Positions 1 to 9,695 of a DNA stretch of 64,000 nucleotides are shown one piece after another; within the stretch, counting starts at the first letter, position 1, and every line of letters begins with the position of its first letter. The DNA lies in the sequence record PZ386947.1; one strand, written 5' to 3'. The position numbers and the translations under genes are program-made. The notes beneath the pieces are model-generated. The model was not told the DNA's origin. It made no database searches and worked only from the letters and a program-made list of their open reading frames with translations. Origin of the DNA: a phage.

Positions 1-162
1 TTCGACTGTTTGCTTTGGAGCTTCTTTATAACACTTGACATTAGGATTATAAAATTTGCTTGAACAGTTTACAATTTTTCCTACATCAGACTGATTTACT
101 ACCGGTCCTTGAGCTACACAACCAGTAAGACCTAATGCAATAACCAAAATAGCGATTTTCAT
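1..162 (-). CDS. putative lipoprotein, N-terminal part (gene continues past window start)
   Basis: Minus-strand ATG at 160-162 preceded by GAGGAAATT RBS; translation MKIAILVIALGLTGCVAQG... has a signal peptide with lipobox LTGC. Lies in the T4 imm/42 side of gene 43. Confidence 0.55.
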   Translation of the reverse strand, partial: MKIAILVIALGLTGCVAQGPVVNQSDVGKIVNCSSKFYNPNVKCYKEAPKQTVE

Positions 163-172
163 AATAATTTCC

Positions 173-409
173 TCAAATGCAAGTAGTAATTACTCCAGTA
201 GTGCTTATGCAGGTATTACCCATTTGCACACCTAAAGATCCATTTGTATTCACATGAAGATTATCATCAATTTTAACTGATATTTTACCATTAGTGTGAA
301 TAACGGTGCTAGATTCAATCACAGGTTGAGTATCATTTTCAACACTAACAAATGGAACTGCTGCTAATGCAACTAAACAAACTGCTAAGCATCCCATAAC
401 AATTTTCAT
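173..409 (-). CDS. small signal-peptide/membrane protein
   Basis: ORF track 173..421; likely true start is the ATG at 407-409 (MKIVMGCLAVCLVALAAVPF...) with GGAGAATAAA RBS. Hydrophobic N-terminus; an early promoter lies immediately upstream. Confidence 0.55.
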   Translation of the reverse strand: MKIVMGCLAVCLVALAAVPFVSVENDTQPVIESSTVIHTNGKISVKIDDNLHVNTNGSLGVQMGNTCISTTGVITTCI

Positions 410-431
410 TTTATTCTCCAAATCCGTATTA

Positions 432-492
432 GTTGATAGTTGTATAGTACCATGGAAGAACAGTCTTGTAAACAGTTTTGTGAAAATTTTTT
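432..492 (-). promoter_or_regulatory. T4-type early (sigma70) promoter, conserved about 60 bp element
   Basis: On minus strand: TTTTCACAAAACTGTTTACA, 17 nt spacer, TACTAT. Same element recurs at least 13 more times in the window. Confidence 0.7.
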
Positions 493-550
493 AGGGAATT
501 CTAAAGGTCCAGAATCATCTGTTTTTCATAAGTATAGATTTATATTACTT

Positions 551-576
551 GTATGAAAAAGGGACCCGGAGGTCCC
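551..576 (-). terminator. rho-independent terminator downstream of gene 43
   Basis: Hairpin GGGACC-CGGA-GGTCCC followed on the minus strand by TTTTT, immediately after the polymerase stop. Confidence 0.65.
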
Positions 577-589
577 TAGATTTATTCTA

Positions 590-3286
590 TCAGCCAAACA
601 GGAAGTCTAACGAAGCTTTTTCTTCATAGTCCATACCAGCCGATTCACACATACCCGCAAGCGGTTTAACAAACGATTTTTGGAACAAAGTTGAGTAGTC
701 AATCCAAGATAGTACATCAGAACGAATTTCTTTTGGAAGTTCTGTACCCGATGGCCAAGCAATGCACTTATCACCAAACGGATTTCCTTCACGTAATGGA
801 AGAACCATTACTTTATTTCCATCCAAAATTGGAGCTACACCCAGACCACTAACAGCTCGACGATAAGTTAGCACACCACGAATATGGAACGGGCATTTAA
901 ATCCTGGCCAACCTTTATCATCATATTTCGCTATATCGTTCGCAGTTTTTACTTCAGCAATAACTTTATAGTCAAGTTGACGATATTCTTTCTCGAAGTT
1001 CTTGTAATATTCTTGGACAGACTCTTCGCCTTCCTGAAGAATACGACGAATACTTTCTTCGAGAGCTTCTTGGACCGCTTTAGGCGTTGAACTCTGCTGA
1101 GTTTCCATACCCATGATTTTTAGATGTGGTTCAGCAAAACGCTTATCTTCCATATCATAAACGTTCAGAGCATAACGCTTTTTCGCTTTCCAAAATCCAC
1201 CAACACCCTTTGAACCAAGTGGAGGGCAAGAAATAGCTTCACGGTCCATATGCATCAGATGCTCGCGGTTATTCATATAATCACATAACTCACGATATGC
1301 AACATCAATCATAGGTTCCATCTTTTTCTTACCGAACTGATTCATGAATTCAACTAAATCGTTCTGCTCTTTGAATCGGTCAAGACCAACTTTTTCAATA
1401 ACTTTATCTACACAAACATATACAGAATCAGTATCACCCGCTGCGATGAAATCTTCGCCATTAGTTCCACACACCTTATTCAGGTATTCATTAATTTTAC
1501 GAGCAATCCACTGAATACCAACTTGACCAAAAATTGTGATAGCAGTAGCATTTCGCAAATCATAGTAACGGAAATGAATATTACCAAGAGCACCATAAAG
1601 ACTGTTGATAAGAATTTTACGGTTTAGCTGATTTGTGTTAGCAAGTGTAGCTGCTTTTTCACATTCTTCGATCAGACTATTAAGAACAGATTCGGTGTAA
1701 TTCGATAATTCATTTAAGAAATCATCACTGAACTTAACATATCGTTCAACTTCTGGTTTAGTTGAGCGAGACCCTGCACCTTTCATAATAATCTTTTTAA
1801 TAGCTTCGGCATTCATTTCTTCGGCGAACATTTTCTTTTTCCAATCTTTACGTTGGAAAAATACTTTAGCGATTTCCTTTGGAATGATACCTTCTTGATG
1901 CTTATCATACATCCATCCATTCGGAGAACAAGAATATTCATCACTTGGCTTAGGAGCTGTTCCTGCGATATATTCATGAATTGGATGAACTTTAAACTGA
2001 CCACGAATAGTCTCAGGACTAATGTTAACCTGACGAATAATGCTAGGATACAGAGACGTCAAGTCAAAACTCATAATGTATCGACGAGCAATCGGTTTAG
2101 GTTCAAATACAAATGCACCTGGAAAACTTTGTTTAACGTGCGAACCTTGTTGAGGAATAACCTTATGTTCACCTTTCAACGAGTTAAAAATAATAGCATC
2201 CCAAGTTTTAATAGGACTCATTACACCAGAAAAAGGCATTTTAGCATAATAAGACATACTTAAAACTAGATCGATAAACCCACGAATTTTATCAATTGCT
2301 TGAACTGATTCTACGTCAATGATGTTATAACTAATGTATCGTTGATGATTAGTCTCACGAAGTTTATTAATAGGACCGTCGTATGGCAATTTACCTTTTT
2401 TGGTTTCATGTTGAGCAACTGATTCCAAAGAGAATGATGGCAAATTAGTAAATGCGAATTTCTTGTACAAATCTAAATAATCAAGAATAGATACGCCATC
2501 AATAGAATAAATTTCTTTGCTACCGTACATATTTTGAATTAGTTTAGATTTTACTCGACCGATTGGAGAGAAGCGTTTCATACTGCGTTCGCCCAGAACC
2601 ATTTTAACACGATTCATGATATACGGAACGTCAAATCCCTCAATATTCCAGCCGGTAAAAATAGCAGGTCTTTTCTGTTCCCAGAGATTAATATATTCCA
2701 TGAGCATATCACGCTCATTATCAAATGGCATATAAATTACTCGGTCAAGAATTTCTTGAGGAACTTCATCACCACCTTCACAGTCAAGTTTAGCAGCTAA
2801 CTTTGCATCCCATTTTGATACTGAACCGTACATTGAATTCAACAAATCAAAGACGTAAAAACGGTCGTCAATTGAATCATAATGAGTGATAGCATCAATT
2901 TCATATTCTGCTTTCATTGGGTCAGGAAATTTATCACCAGTAACCTCAATGTCACAGTTAGCTACACGAACAAATTTTCGGTCATAAACAATTTCTGAAC
3001 CATATGTATCACTGATATAAGCGAGTTTAAAATCGTTCATACCGAGAGCTTCGAGACCGATGTCTTCCATTCGCTTCATCCAATCTCGAGCATCTTTCAT
3101 TGATGGAAATTTTTGAGGAGCGCAGTTTTTACCATAGATGTCTTTGTATTTTGACTCTTCCTTACAATGCCTAAACATAGTTGGAAGATATTCTACTTCA
3201 CGAGTACGTTCCTTTCCGTTTTCATCAATATAACGTTCAACAATGTTATTTCCGACTGTTTCAATAGAGATATAAAATTCTTTCAT
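590..3286 (-). CDS. 43: DNA polymerase gp43 (family B, with 3'-5' exonuclease)
   Basis: 898 aa ORF; N-terminus MKEFYISIETVGNNIVERYIDENGKER..., exo motif FDIEV, polymerase motifs SLYPSII and YGDTDS; same length as T4 gp43. Confidence 0.97.
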   Translation of the reverse strand: MKEFYISIETVGNNIVERYIDENGKERTREVEYLPTMFRHCKEESKYKDIYGKNCAPQKFPSMKDARDWMKRMEDIGLEALGMNDFKLAYISDTYGSEIVYDRKFVRVANCDIEVTGDKFPDPMKAEYEIDAITHYDSIDDRFYVFDLLNSMYGSVSKWDAKLAAKLDCEGGDEVPQEILDRVIYMPFDNERDMLMEYINLWEQKRPAIFTGWNIEGFDVPYIMNRVKMVLGERSMKRFSPIGRVKSKLIQNMYGSKEIYSIDGVSILDYLDLYKKFAFTNLPSFSLESVAQHETKKGKLPYDGPINKLRETNHQRYISYNIIDVESVQAIDKIRGFIDLVLSMSYYAKMPFSGVMSPIKTWDAIIFNSLKGEHKVIPQQGSHVKQSFPGAFVFEPKPIARRYIMSFDLTSLYPSIIRQVNISPETIRGQFKVHPIHEYIAGTAPKPSDEYSCSPNGWMYDKHQEGIIPKEIAKVFFQRKDWKKKMFAEEMNAEAIKKIIMKGAGSRSTKPEVERYVKFSDDFLNELSNYTESVLNSLIEECEKAATLANTNQLNRKILINSLYGALGNIHFRYYDLRNATAITIFGQVGIQWIARKINEYLNKVCGTNGEDFIAAGDTDSVYVCVDKVIEKVGLDRFKEQNDLVEFMNQFGKKKMEPMIDVAYRELCDYMNNREHLMHMDREAISCPPLGSKGVGGFWKAKKRYALNVYDMEDKRFAEPHLKIMGMETQQSSTPKAVQEALEESIRRILQEGEESVQEYYKNFEKEYRQLDYKVIAEVKTANDIAKYDDKGWPGFKCPFHIRGVLTYRRAVSGLGVAPILDGNKVMVLPLREGNPFGDKCIAWPSGTELPKEIRSDVLSWIDYSTLFQKSFVKPLAGMCESAGMDYEEKASLDFLFG

Positions 3287-3304
3287 AGATATTCCTTAGT
3301 TTAT

Positions 3305-3324
3305 AGCCCGAGTTATTAGGCTCT
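3305..3324 (-). promoter_or_regulatory. putative gp43 translational operator hairpin
   Basis: Minus-strand RNA AGCC-UAAUAACUC-GGGCU a few nt upstream of the gene 43 RBS region; resembles the T4 gp43 autoregulatory operator as I recall it. Confidence 0.5.
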
Positions 3325-3344
3325 TGATATATTATACTCCAATT

Positions 3345-3362
3345 AAGGGGCCGAAGCCCCTT
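3345..3362 (-). terminator. GC-rich intercistronic stem-loop (AAGGGGC-CGAA-GCCCCTT)
   Basis: Perfect hairpin with CGAA loop between regA and gene 43; no clear U-tract, so possibly a stability or partial terminator element. Confidence 0.45.
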
Positions 3363-3364
3363 GC

Positions 3365-3733
3365 TTAATTACCAATCGTATATTTAGGAACGAGTTTCCA
3401 TTCATGTTTTTGTTTAAAAGAAATAACTCGGAAGTTATTAGTTAAATCTTTCATAAAAGTTCTTTGACCAGGAACGATTTCAATCAGTCCCCAATCTTCT
3501 AACAACCATGCAATCGAATCACGACGAACTTCATCTTCTTCTGTCATTTCAACCTGGCGACCATCCATACGAAGCATTTCTTTAAAATGAACGATATAGT
3601 ATAGTCCTTTTTTCTGAAGAATATGACAGGACTGATACAGAACTTTATCTTTATTATTAGCAATTCCCATACGAGTCAAAGTTTCTTTTACTTTCAGAAA
3701 ATCTTCAGGTTTTTTAAGAGTAATTTCAATCAT
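3365..3733 (-). CDS. regA: translational repressor RegA
   Basis: 122 aa; MIEITLKKPEDFLKVKETLTRMGIANNKDKVLYQSCHILQKKGLYYIVHFKEM... matches T4 RegA in sequence and position after gene 62. Confidence 0.95.
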   Translation of the reverse strand: MIEITLKKPEDFLKVKETLTRMGIANNKDKVLYQSCHILQKKGLYYIVHFKEMLRMDGRQVEMTEEDEVRRDSIAWLLEDWGLIEIVPGQRTFMKDLTNNFRVISFKQKHEWKLVPKYTIGN

Positions 3734-3734
3734 T

Positions 3735-4298
3735 TTACCATTCCAATGCTAGTTTTTTGAGTTGTTTCTGTTCTTTTACGTTCTTAGTCACTTCTTTCAA
3801 AAAATCATCCGTGACTAATCCTTTAAGTTCTTTTAATACTAAAGGTAGTTTTCCATTTTTAGTAAGAATTGATTTATAGTTAATTGCATCATTTGTATTA
3901 ACTTGATAACGCTTAGCAAGTAACTTAATAATCAATACTTCGGTGGAATCTTCAACTAGTTTTGCCCATTTACCATATCTTTTACCACGAGGAACTGCAG
4001 CCATTAGATAATTAAAATGAGCTTCATCACTTAATCCAGAACCGATTAAATTCATAGCATATACAGCTGGCATGCACTCTGGAAATTGTGATAATGCATT
4101 TTCAACCATGAATTTTGAATAATCTTTTTGAGCAATAGAGCATTTAGTTTTATTATTAATAGCTCCAATTATTTCAAAAAACTCATTTTCAGCTTTTTCT
4201 TTAAAAGAATCAGCAGCGGATTGGACAGCCGTCCAATCTTTTGAATACCAAGCAACTTGATGCTCGTTTAATTGAATATCATCTTCAAATAAGCTCAT
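3735..4298 (-). CDS. 62: clamp loader small subunit gp62
   Basis: ORF track 3735..4319; true start likely [22 protein letters not shown] (187 aa), overlapping the gene 44 stop. Confidence 0.93.
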   Translation of the reverse strand: MSLFEDDIQLNEHQVAWYSKDWTAVQSAADSFKEKAENEFFEIIGAINNKTKCSIAQKDYSKFMVENALSQFPECMPAVYAMNLIGSGLSDEAHFNYLMAAVPRGKRYGKWAKLVEDSTEVLIIKLLAKRYQVNTNDAINYKSILTKNGKLPLVLKELKGLVTDDFLKEVTKNVKEQKQLKKLALEW

Positions 4299-4299
4299 A

Positions 4300-5259
4300 T
4301 CACTTCCACTGCATTTCACATGCTAACTGAATGAAAAGATAAGCTAAATGCAATTCAGTATTAGCTGCAATACCATGATACTGATTATTTTCGCCGACAA
4401 TTTCGTACATACGAATAATACTCTGTGGAGTTACACGTGAATAGATTTCTTCGGCAAGTTTACCCACGAACCACGAATAATCGGCTGCATATTTTGGTGC
4501 TAAAGCTCTGAGTTGTTTAACATCTTTATTTTTGAGAGACTCAAGAACATCATCAATAGCACCACGATCGTTAGTAACCAGTGATAAAATACCAGCATCC
4601 AAAACACCTTTAGATGAATAACTATCGAGCTCGCCAATAGTTTTACGAAAATCAGGAAAATTCTTTTTAACCAAAGCTGCTACAACTTTCATATCAGCTA
4701 TAGCAATTCCTTCATGCTTACAGATTTCAGTCAATCGACGAATCATCTGCTTCATCATTTCAATTTTATCTTCATCGGTCGGTTGACCGAACGTAATAAC
4801 TCGGCAGCGTGACTGAAGTGGTTTAATAATACCATCAATATTGTTAGCAGTAATAATAATACTACAGTTTGAACTATAAGCTTCCATAAAGGAACGAAGA
4901 TGTCGCTGAGACTCTGCTAACCCTGAACGGTCAAATTCATCAATAACGATTACTTTTTGACGACCGTCAAATGAAGCTGCGCTGGCAAAATTAGTCAAAG
5001 GACCACGAACGAAATCAATTTTACAATCTGATCCATTCACAAACATCATATCAGCATTTACATCATGACACAATGCTTTCGCTACAGTTGTTTTACCTGT
5101 TCCTGGAGAAGGAGAATGAAGAATAATATGTGGAATCTTACCTTTACTTGTAATAGATTTAAAGGTTTCTTTATCAAAGGCGGGAAGAATACATTCATCG
5201 ATAGTAGATGGACGATATTTCTGTTCAAGAATGTGTTCTTTTTCATTTACGGTAATCAT
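4300..5259 (-). CDS. 44: clamp loader ATPase gp44 (RFC-like AAA+)
   Basis: Walker [11 protein letters not shown], Walker [12 protein letters not shown] motif QSRC; start taken at MITVNEKEH (319 aa). Confidence 0.95.
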
Positions 5260-5293
5260 AATTTCCTCATTCAAGTTTTAGTGTAAATTATAA

Positions 5294-5307
5294 AGGGCCG
5301 AAGCCCT
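5294..5307 (-). terminator. intercistronic stem-loop AGGGC-CGAA-GCCCT
   Basis: Hairpin between genes 45 and 44; member of a recurring GGGCCGAAGCCC hairpin family. Confidence 0.4.
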
Positions 5308-5310
5308 CTA

Positions 5311-5997
5311 TTAAAAATCGTGGGTAGAATCAGCTTCAAGAGCTACTACATAATTCGCATGTTCACCTTCAAATTTAGCAGCACCTTGTTTACCTTTTGC
5401 CCAGAGCAGAAGTTTATAATTTCCTGGTTGCATTTTCATATTTGCCATATTGATAATGAAATTAAATGTATTTTCACCATCATAATCACCAAGAGTCAAA
5501 GAATATTTAACACGGGTCAAAGCAGAATCTTCTACTTTATTAAAACCGTTAATTACGATTTTACCTTCTTTTACCGTGATAGCAATTGTATCAATTTGCA
5601 GACCACGAGATACACGCAACAGTTGTTGAAGGTCTTCAGCTTTAATTTCAGTAACAACAGATGCTACCGGGAATGGAATTGGTTTATTAGGAGCAACTAC
5701 TGTACTCGGATCGGCTGCTGGCCAAAAAATTGTTGAGCGGGCATCAGCAATTTTAATATTTCCATCTTCTGACTGGGAAATTTCTGCATCATCATTAACT
5801 AGCGACAGAATACCGAGAAAACCGTTCAAATCGTAAATTGCTACATCAAAATCAATAACGTCAGAAATATTTGCTTCCGCATAAGTTGTACCATTAACTG
5901 CGCGAGTCATAATAAATTGACCGGATTTAAGCATAATACCGGAGTTAATAGTAGCGAAATTTTTAAGCAGAGCAGTAGTATCTTTAGACAGTTTCAT
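5311..5997 (-). CDS. 45: sliding clamp gp45
   Basis: 228 aa; MKLSKDTTALLKNFATINSGIMLKSGQFIMTRAVNGTTYAEANISD... matches T4 gp45. Confidence 0.96.
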   Translation of the reverse strand: MKLSKDTTALLKNFATINSGIMLKSGQFIMTRAVNGTTYAEANISDVIDFDVAIYDLNGFLGILSLVNDDAEISQSEDGNIKIADARSTIFWPAADPSTVVAPNKPIPFPVASVVTEIKAEDLQQLLRVSRGLQIDTIAITVKEGKIVINGFNKVEDSALTRVKYSLTLGDYDGENTFNFIINMANMKMQPGNYKLLLWAKGKQGAAKFEGEHANYVVALEADSTHDF

Positions 5998-6052
5998 GTA
6001 ATTTCCTTCAATTCAAATGAGATTTAATTTTATAACTAATTTAATAAAGCAA

Positions 6053-6442
6053 TTAACGATTAAAATCAGCCGCAATTGTTTCCGCAACAATTTGAGCAGC
6101 AACAATTAGACGTTCATCTGCATTACCACAATAATCATCTTCAAGGCGTTCACCACATGAAGTCATAATAAATTTAGCACCGGCGTTTAGGGATTCTGTA
6201 GTATGTTTGCGCATTAGTTCAATCCATTTATTACTTACTTCACGATCGATAGCTTCATAATACGCATGACGAGCAGGTGCAGATTTAATTTTGTTCTGAA
6301 TAACTTCCATTGCGTTATCAGAAAGAGACAAAACCCATGCTCGACGAATTTTATTTTGATTTTGTGGATTTGATTCAGAACGCACGTGTTTTGGCTGAAT
6401 ATCTTTTACATCAACAGTATAATTCACAGTAATTTTAGTCAT
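6053..6442 (-). CDS. rpbA: RNA polymerase binding protein RpbA
   Basis: 129 aa, position between 45 and 46 and sequence consistent with T4 RpbA. Confidence 0.88.
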
Positions 6443-6451
6443 AATACACCT

Positions 6452-6640
6452 TTAATCATAATAATCAGTAACAGTCCAAGCTTCATTTCTATTGGACATT
6501 ATTTTTGTATATTCTGCTTTAAATGCATTCTTAAGCATAGATTCAGTAACTATATGCTCTTCATTAGAAAAATTATTTCTCAGAATATATCGTTTTATTT
6601 CAGGAATAGTTAATAGATGCTGTCCAGTTGAATATTCCAT
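6452..6640 (-). CDS. hypothetical protein (45.2-like)
   Basis: 62 aa ORF between rpbA and gene 46, as in T4. Confidence 0.65.
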   Translation of the reverse strand: MEYSTGQHLLTIPEIKRYILRNNFSNEEHIVTESMLKNAFKAEYTKIMSNRNEAWTVTDYYD

Positions 6641-6695
6641 GTTTTTCCTCCATAGAGATTATACTCTAATAAATTAAAGCATAATCTCTTATAAA

Positions 6696-8378
6696 TTAAA
6701 CCATTACAGTAAATCGACCAACTTTCTTCATTTGAAGATGCTGACCATATTCTTGCGGGTCATGGTCTTTATGTGAAATTATAAAAACATTAGTGTTTTT
6801 CATTGAATTTATAATATTAGCTACACCTTTAATACCTTCGGCATCAAATGACCCATCAAACACTTCATCGAGTATTAATGTACTAATACTAACACCAGAT
6901 ACAATAGAAGCAATATCACGCCAAGTAAATAAAAGAGCAATATCAATTCGTGCTTTTTCACCTTCACTAAATGAAGCATAACTAAAATCTTCACGACCAC
7001 GGGATTTAATTGTCTCATTAAATTCTTCATCTAATGTAAACACATAATCCGCTTCCATTATTTTAAGATAATGGTTAATCTGCTTATTAAATAATGGAAT
7101 GTACTTTTTAATAATAGCACCTTTAATACCAGAATCTTTGAGCATATCAGTCAAAATTCCTCGGTGGTATTTTTCCATTACTAAATTAGTTTTTGTCTTA
7201 ACAATTTTATCAAGTTCTTCTTGAAGCAGTGCTATTTCATCAGCATGGTCAATAAACTCAGAAGATGCTTTTTCTATAGCCGCTTTAACTTTTTTGGCTT
7301 TATCTACCGTCGTGATTAGAGATTGCTTTTTATTGCGAATATCATTTGCCAACGACTGTTGGGTTTTAATATTATCTCGGTATTCATCAACAAGAACTTT
7401 TAAATTATCACGATGTGTTGAAAGCTGTTCAAACGAATGCGTACATTCAGAAACTTTATCTTTAATTTTAGAAACAACTTTATCACCGGAACTCAATTGT
7501 GACAAACAGGTTGGACATAATCCACCTTCGTGATACATATTAATGACTTTATTATACGAGTCAATTTTTGATTTAATTAAAACTGCTTCTTGACCGATTT
7601 TATTAAATGCATCAGTCGGGTCTTCATCCAAAACAATATTAACTAATCTTTCGTTAGCTTCTTCTATTTCCGATTTTAGCGTTCTAGCTTCTTTTGCCAA
7701 ATCATCATACATATTTTGCAGACGAGTAAGGTTGTCACCCGTTAATTTTTTCTGGCGTTCAACGTTATCATTATATATTTTAATTTGTTGGATAATACTA
7801 TCTTTTTTAACATCAAGCACTTGGTTCTGCGAATTTAATTCACGTATTAGTGCTTTATTAAGCTTATCCATTTCAGCTAATGTTCCTACCTCAAGCAGGT
7901 CTTCCACAAGCTTTCTTCGCGCAGGGGTCGACAAACCCATGAAAGGGGTATACCCTGCTGTACCAAGGACAACAATCTGCTTGAAACTGGCATATGACAT
8001 TCCGATAAGCTGTTCAAATTCTGCTTGGAAATCTTTACTGCTGGCAGATTCATTAAGACGTGTACCGTTAACGGTGATTTCGAAAACGTTTGGTTTTTGT
8101 CCTCTTTTGATATAGTACTTTTTCTCATCATATTCCATCCACAGTTCAACTAAAAGTTCTTTCTTATTTGTGCTGTTTATTAATTGACCTTTCTTTACAT
8201 CACGAAATGGTTTGCCAAAAAGCCCAAATGTGATGGCTTCTAACATAGTAGACTTACCACCGCCATTTCGGCCAGTAATAAGAGTTTTTTGAACCTTATC
8301 TAATTGAATGTCAACTCCATTTTGACCAACTGACATTATATTTTTATATTTTACTCTATTAAGTTTAAATGATTTCAT
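6696..8378 (-). CDS. 46: recombination endonuclease subunit gp46 (SbcC/Rad50-like ATPase)
   Basis: 560 aa; N-terminal Walker A GRNGGGKST, long coiled-coil middle with CPTC zinc hook, C-terminal signature/Walker B LILDEVFDGSFD. Confidence 0.95.
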   Translation of the reverse strand: MKSFKLNRVKYKNIMSVGQNGVDIQLDKVQKTLITGRNGGGKSTMLEAITFGLFGKPFRDVKKGQLINSTNKKELLVELWMEYDEKKYYIKRGQKPNVFEITVNGTRLNESASSKDFQAEFEQLIGMSYASFKQIVVLGTAGYTPFMGLSTPARRKLVEDLLEVGTLAEMDKLNKALIRELNSQNQVLDVKKDSIIQQIKIYNDNVERQKKLTGDNLTRLQNMYDDLAKEARTLKSEIEEANERLVNIVLDEDPTDAFNKIGQEAVLIKSKIDSYNKVINMYHEGGLCPTCLSQLSSGDKVVSKIKDKVSECTHSFEQLSTHRDNLKVLVDEYRDNIKTQQSLANDIRNKKQSLITTVDKAKKVKAAIEKASSEFIDHADEIALLQEELDKIVKTKTNLVMEKYHRGILTDMLKDSGIKGAIIKKYIPLFNKQINHYLKIMEADYVFTLDEEFNETIKSRGREDFSYASFSEGEKARIDIALLFTWRDIASIVSGVSISTLILDEVFDGSFDAEGIKGVANIINSMKNTNVFIISHKDHDPQEYGQHLQMKKVGRFTVMV

Positions 8379-8393
8379 TTTGTATCCAATTGT

Positions 8394-9248
8394 TCACAAT
8401 GAAGAAAATTCTTTAACTAAAGCCTGTAATGAAGCCTCTATTGGATATCCATTCTTAACTAACATTTTCCTAAACATTACATGTTTAGGACGATTATATG
8501 ATATCCACAATTCATACAATTTATCTTTATTATCCCAATGATAGCCTTTTCGTCGAGATGCTATATGAGCTTTTCTAATCTCCGGATTTTTCCAACTAGC
8601 AGCTACTGAATTTGATATAGCTATTTTATATTCAGGTTTTGATAAAGCAGCACGAACAGCCTTTTGGTGTTTAATTTTATTTTCTTCGTTATTAAACCAT
8701 TCCCTTGAAGCCATTGAAATTTTTTGTTTTGTTTTAAAATTATTTAATCTTTCTTTATTATCTTTCCTATTTTTTGCTACTGAAAAATATTTTAATGCCC
8801 TTTCTCTAGCAGCATTTCTATTTTGCGGATTTGAATAATACTGTTGAAGCCTTTTTGATATTGTGTCACTTACATCTTGTTTTATAAAACTATATTCAGC
8901 AGCTATTAAATCAACTTCGGCTAAAGATAAATTTTTATATGTTTTTCCTGACATCATTCTATTTAAAGCATTTAGCATTTTTCCATTTTTACCTTTTGCT
9001 AATAAGAAGTGTGCTTTAAAATGATTAAAATGACTTAAATTAACTAAATTCCATGTAGATTTTAAATATTCAGGAAATATTGATTTAGGAAGCACGTGGT
9101 GTGCTTCCGTTTTACCTGGAGTTTTAACAGTTGAATTCACAGAAATAAAATTAATGTAAGACTTGGCGTCTTCTTCACTCAACGCTAATTTTTCAACTAA
9201 TTCCTTTATTAAAAATTCATCATTAATGTCAAGTTTAAAATTCTTCAC
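8394..9248 (-). CDS. HNH homing endonuclease with NUMOD-like repeats
   Basis: 284 aa; HNH core EAHHVLPKS...NLVNLSHFNHFKAHFLLAK; C-terminal basic repeats; paralogous to the ORF at 29124..29903. GTG start overlapping upstream stop (GTGA). Confidence 0.85.
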   Translation of the reverse strand: MKNFKLDINDEFLIKELVEKLALSEEDAKSYINFISVNSTVKTPGKTEAHHVLPKSIFPEYLKSTWNLVNLSHFNHFKAHFLLAKGKNGKMLNALNRMMSGKTYKNLSLAEVDLIAAEYSFIKQDVSDTISKRLQQYYSNPQNRNAARERALKYFSVAKNRKDNKERLNNFKTKQKISMASREWFNNEENKIKHQKAVRAALSKPEYKIAISNSVAASWKNPEIRKAHIASRRKGYHWDNKDKLYELWISYNRPKHVMFRKMLVKNGYPIEASLQALVKEFSSL

Positions 9249-9460
9249 AAAAGATTCCTTTTAATGTATCTTTTAGACCATTCTATCATATCATCATAAT
9301 CTAAAAAGTATTCATCAAATTCAGCCATGCAAACAACGCCTTGTGCTGCTTTTGATGTGATATAAATTATTCCAACATATCTAGAATCTTCTTCGGTGTA
9401 ATCAATATTTGCTATGAATTCATCATTAATGTCAAATGTCGAAAACTTCACAGTATGCAT
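9245..9460 (-). CDS. hypothetical protein (46.1-like)
   Basis: ORF track 9245..9508; likely start MHTVKFSTFDINDEF. N-terminus shares an 18 bp DNA repeat with the HNH gene start. Confidence 0.45.
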   Translation of the reverse strand: MHTVKFSTFDINDEFIANIDYTEEDSRYVGIIYITSKAAQGVVCMAEFDEYFLDYDDMIEWSKRYIKRNLL

Positions 9461-9695
9461 CCTTAATACAAGATACAGCCATATCTCGTAATGATTTAGG
9501 TGTGTCATTATCTAAAATGTTGAAGTTAAAAGATACAGCCCAGTCAGTGCAGACTGTAACCTTTTTAATACAATTATCTTCAACCTCTAGCGGTTCAAAC
9601 CAATATTCAATAATTTCTTTATGACCAATATCATCTTTTACTTCGCATTCAAAATGCTGACTCATCATAACATTTTTAAATTCATCAAAAGTCAT
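9432..9695 (-). CDS. hypothetical protein (46.2-like)
   Basis: 87 aa ORF directly upstream of gene 47 in the same array; stop overlaps gene 47 start. Confidence 0.5.
   Translation of the reverse strand: MTFDEFKNVMMSQHFECEVKDDIGHKEIIEYWFEPLEVEDNCIKKVTVCTDWAVSFNFNILDNDTPKSLRDMAVSCIKDAYCEVFDI

Noticed and set aside
607-2263. Plus- and minus-strand ORFs 607..792, 884..1090, 1813..2004, 1853..2263 inside the DNA polymerase gene
   Set aside because: They lie within or antisense to the 898-aa polymerase ORF, whose identity is unambiguous; no independent start signals.
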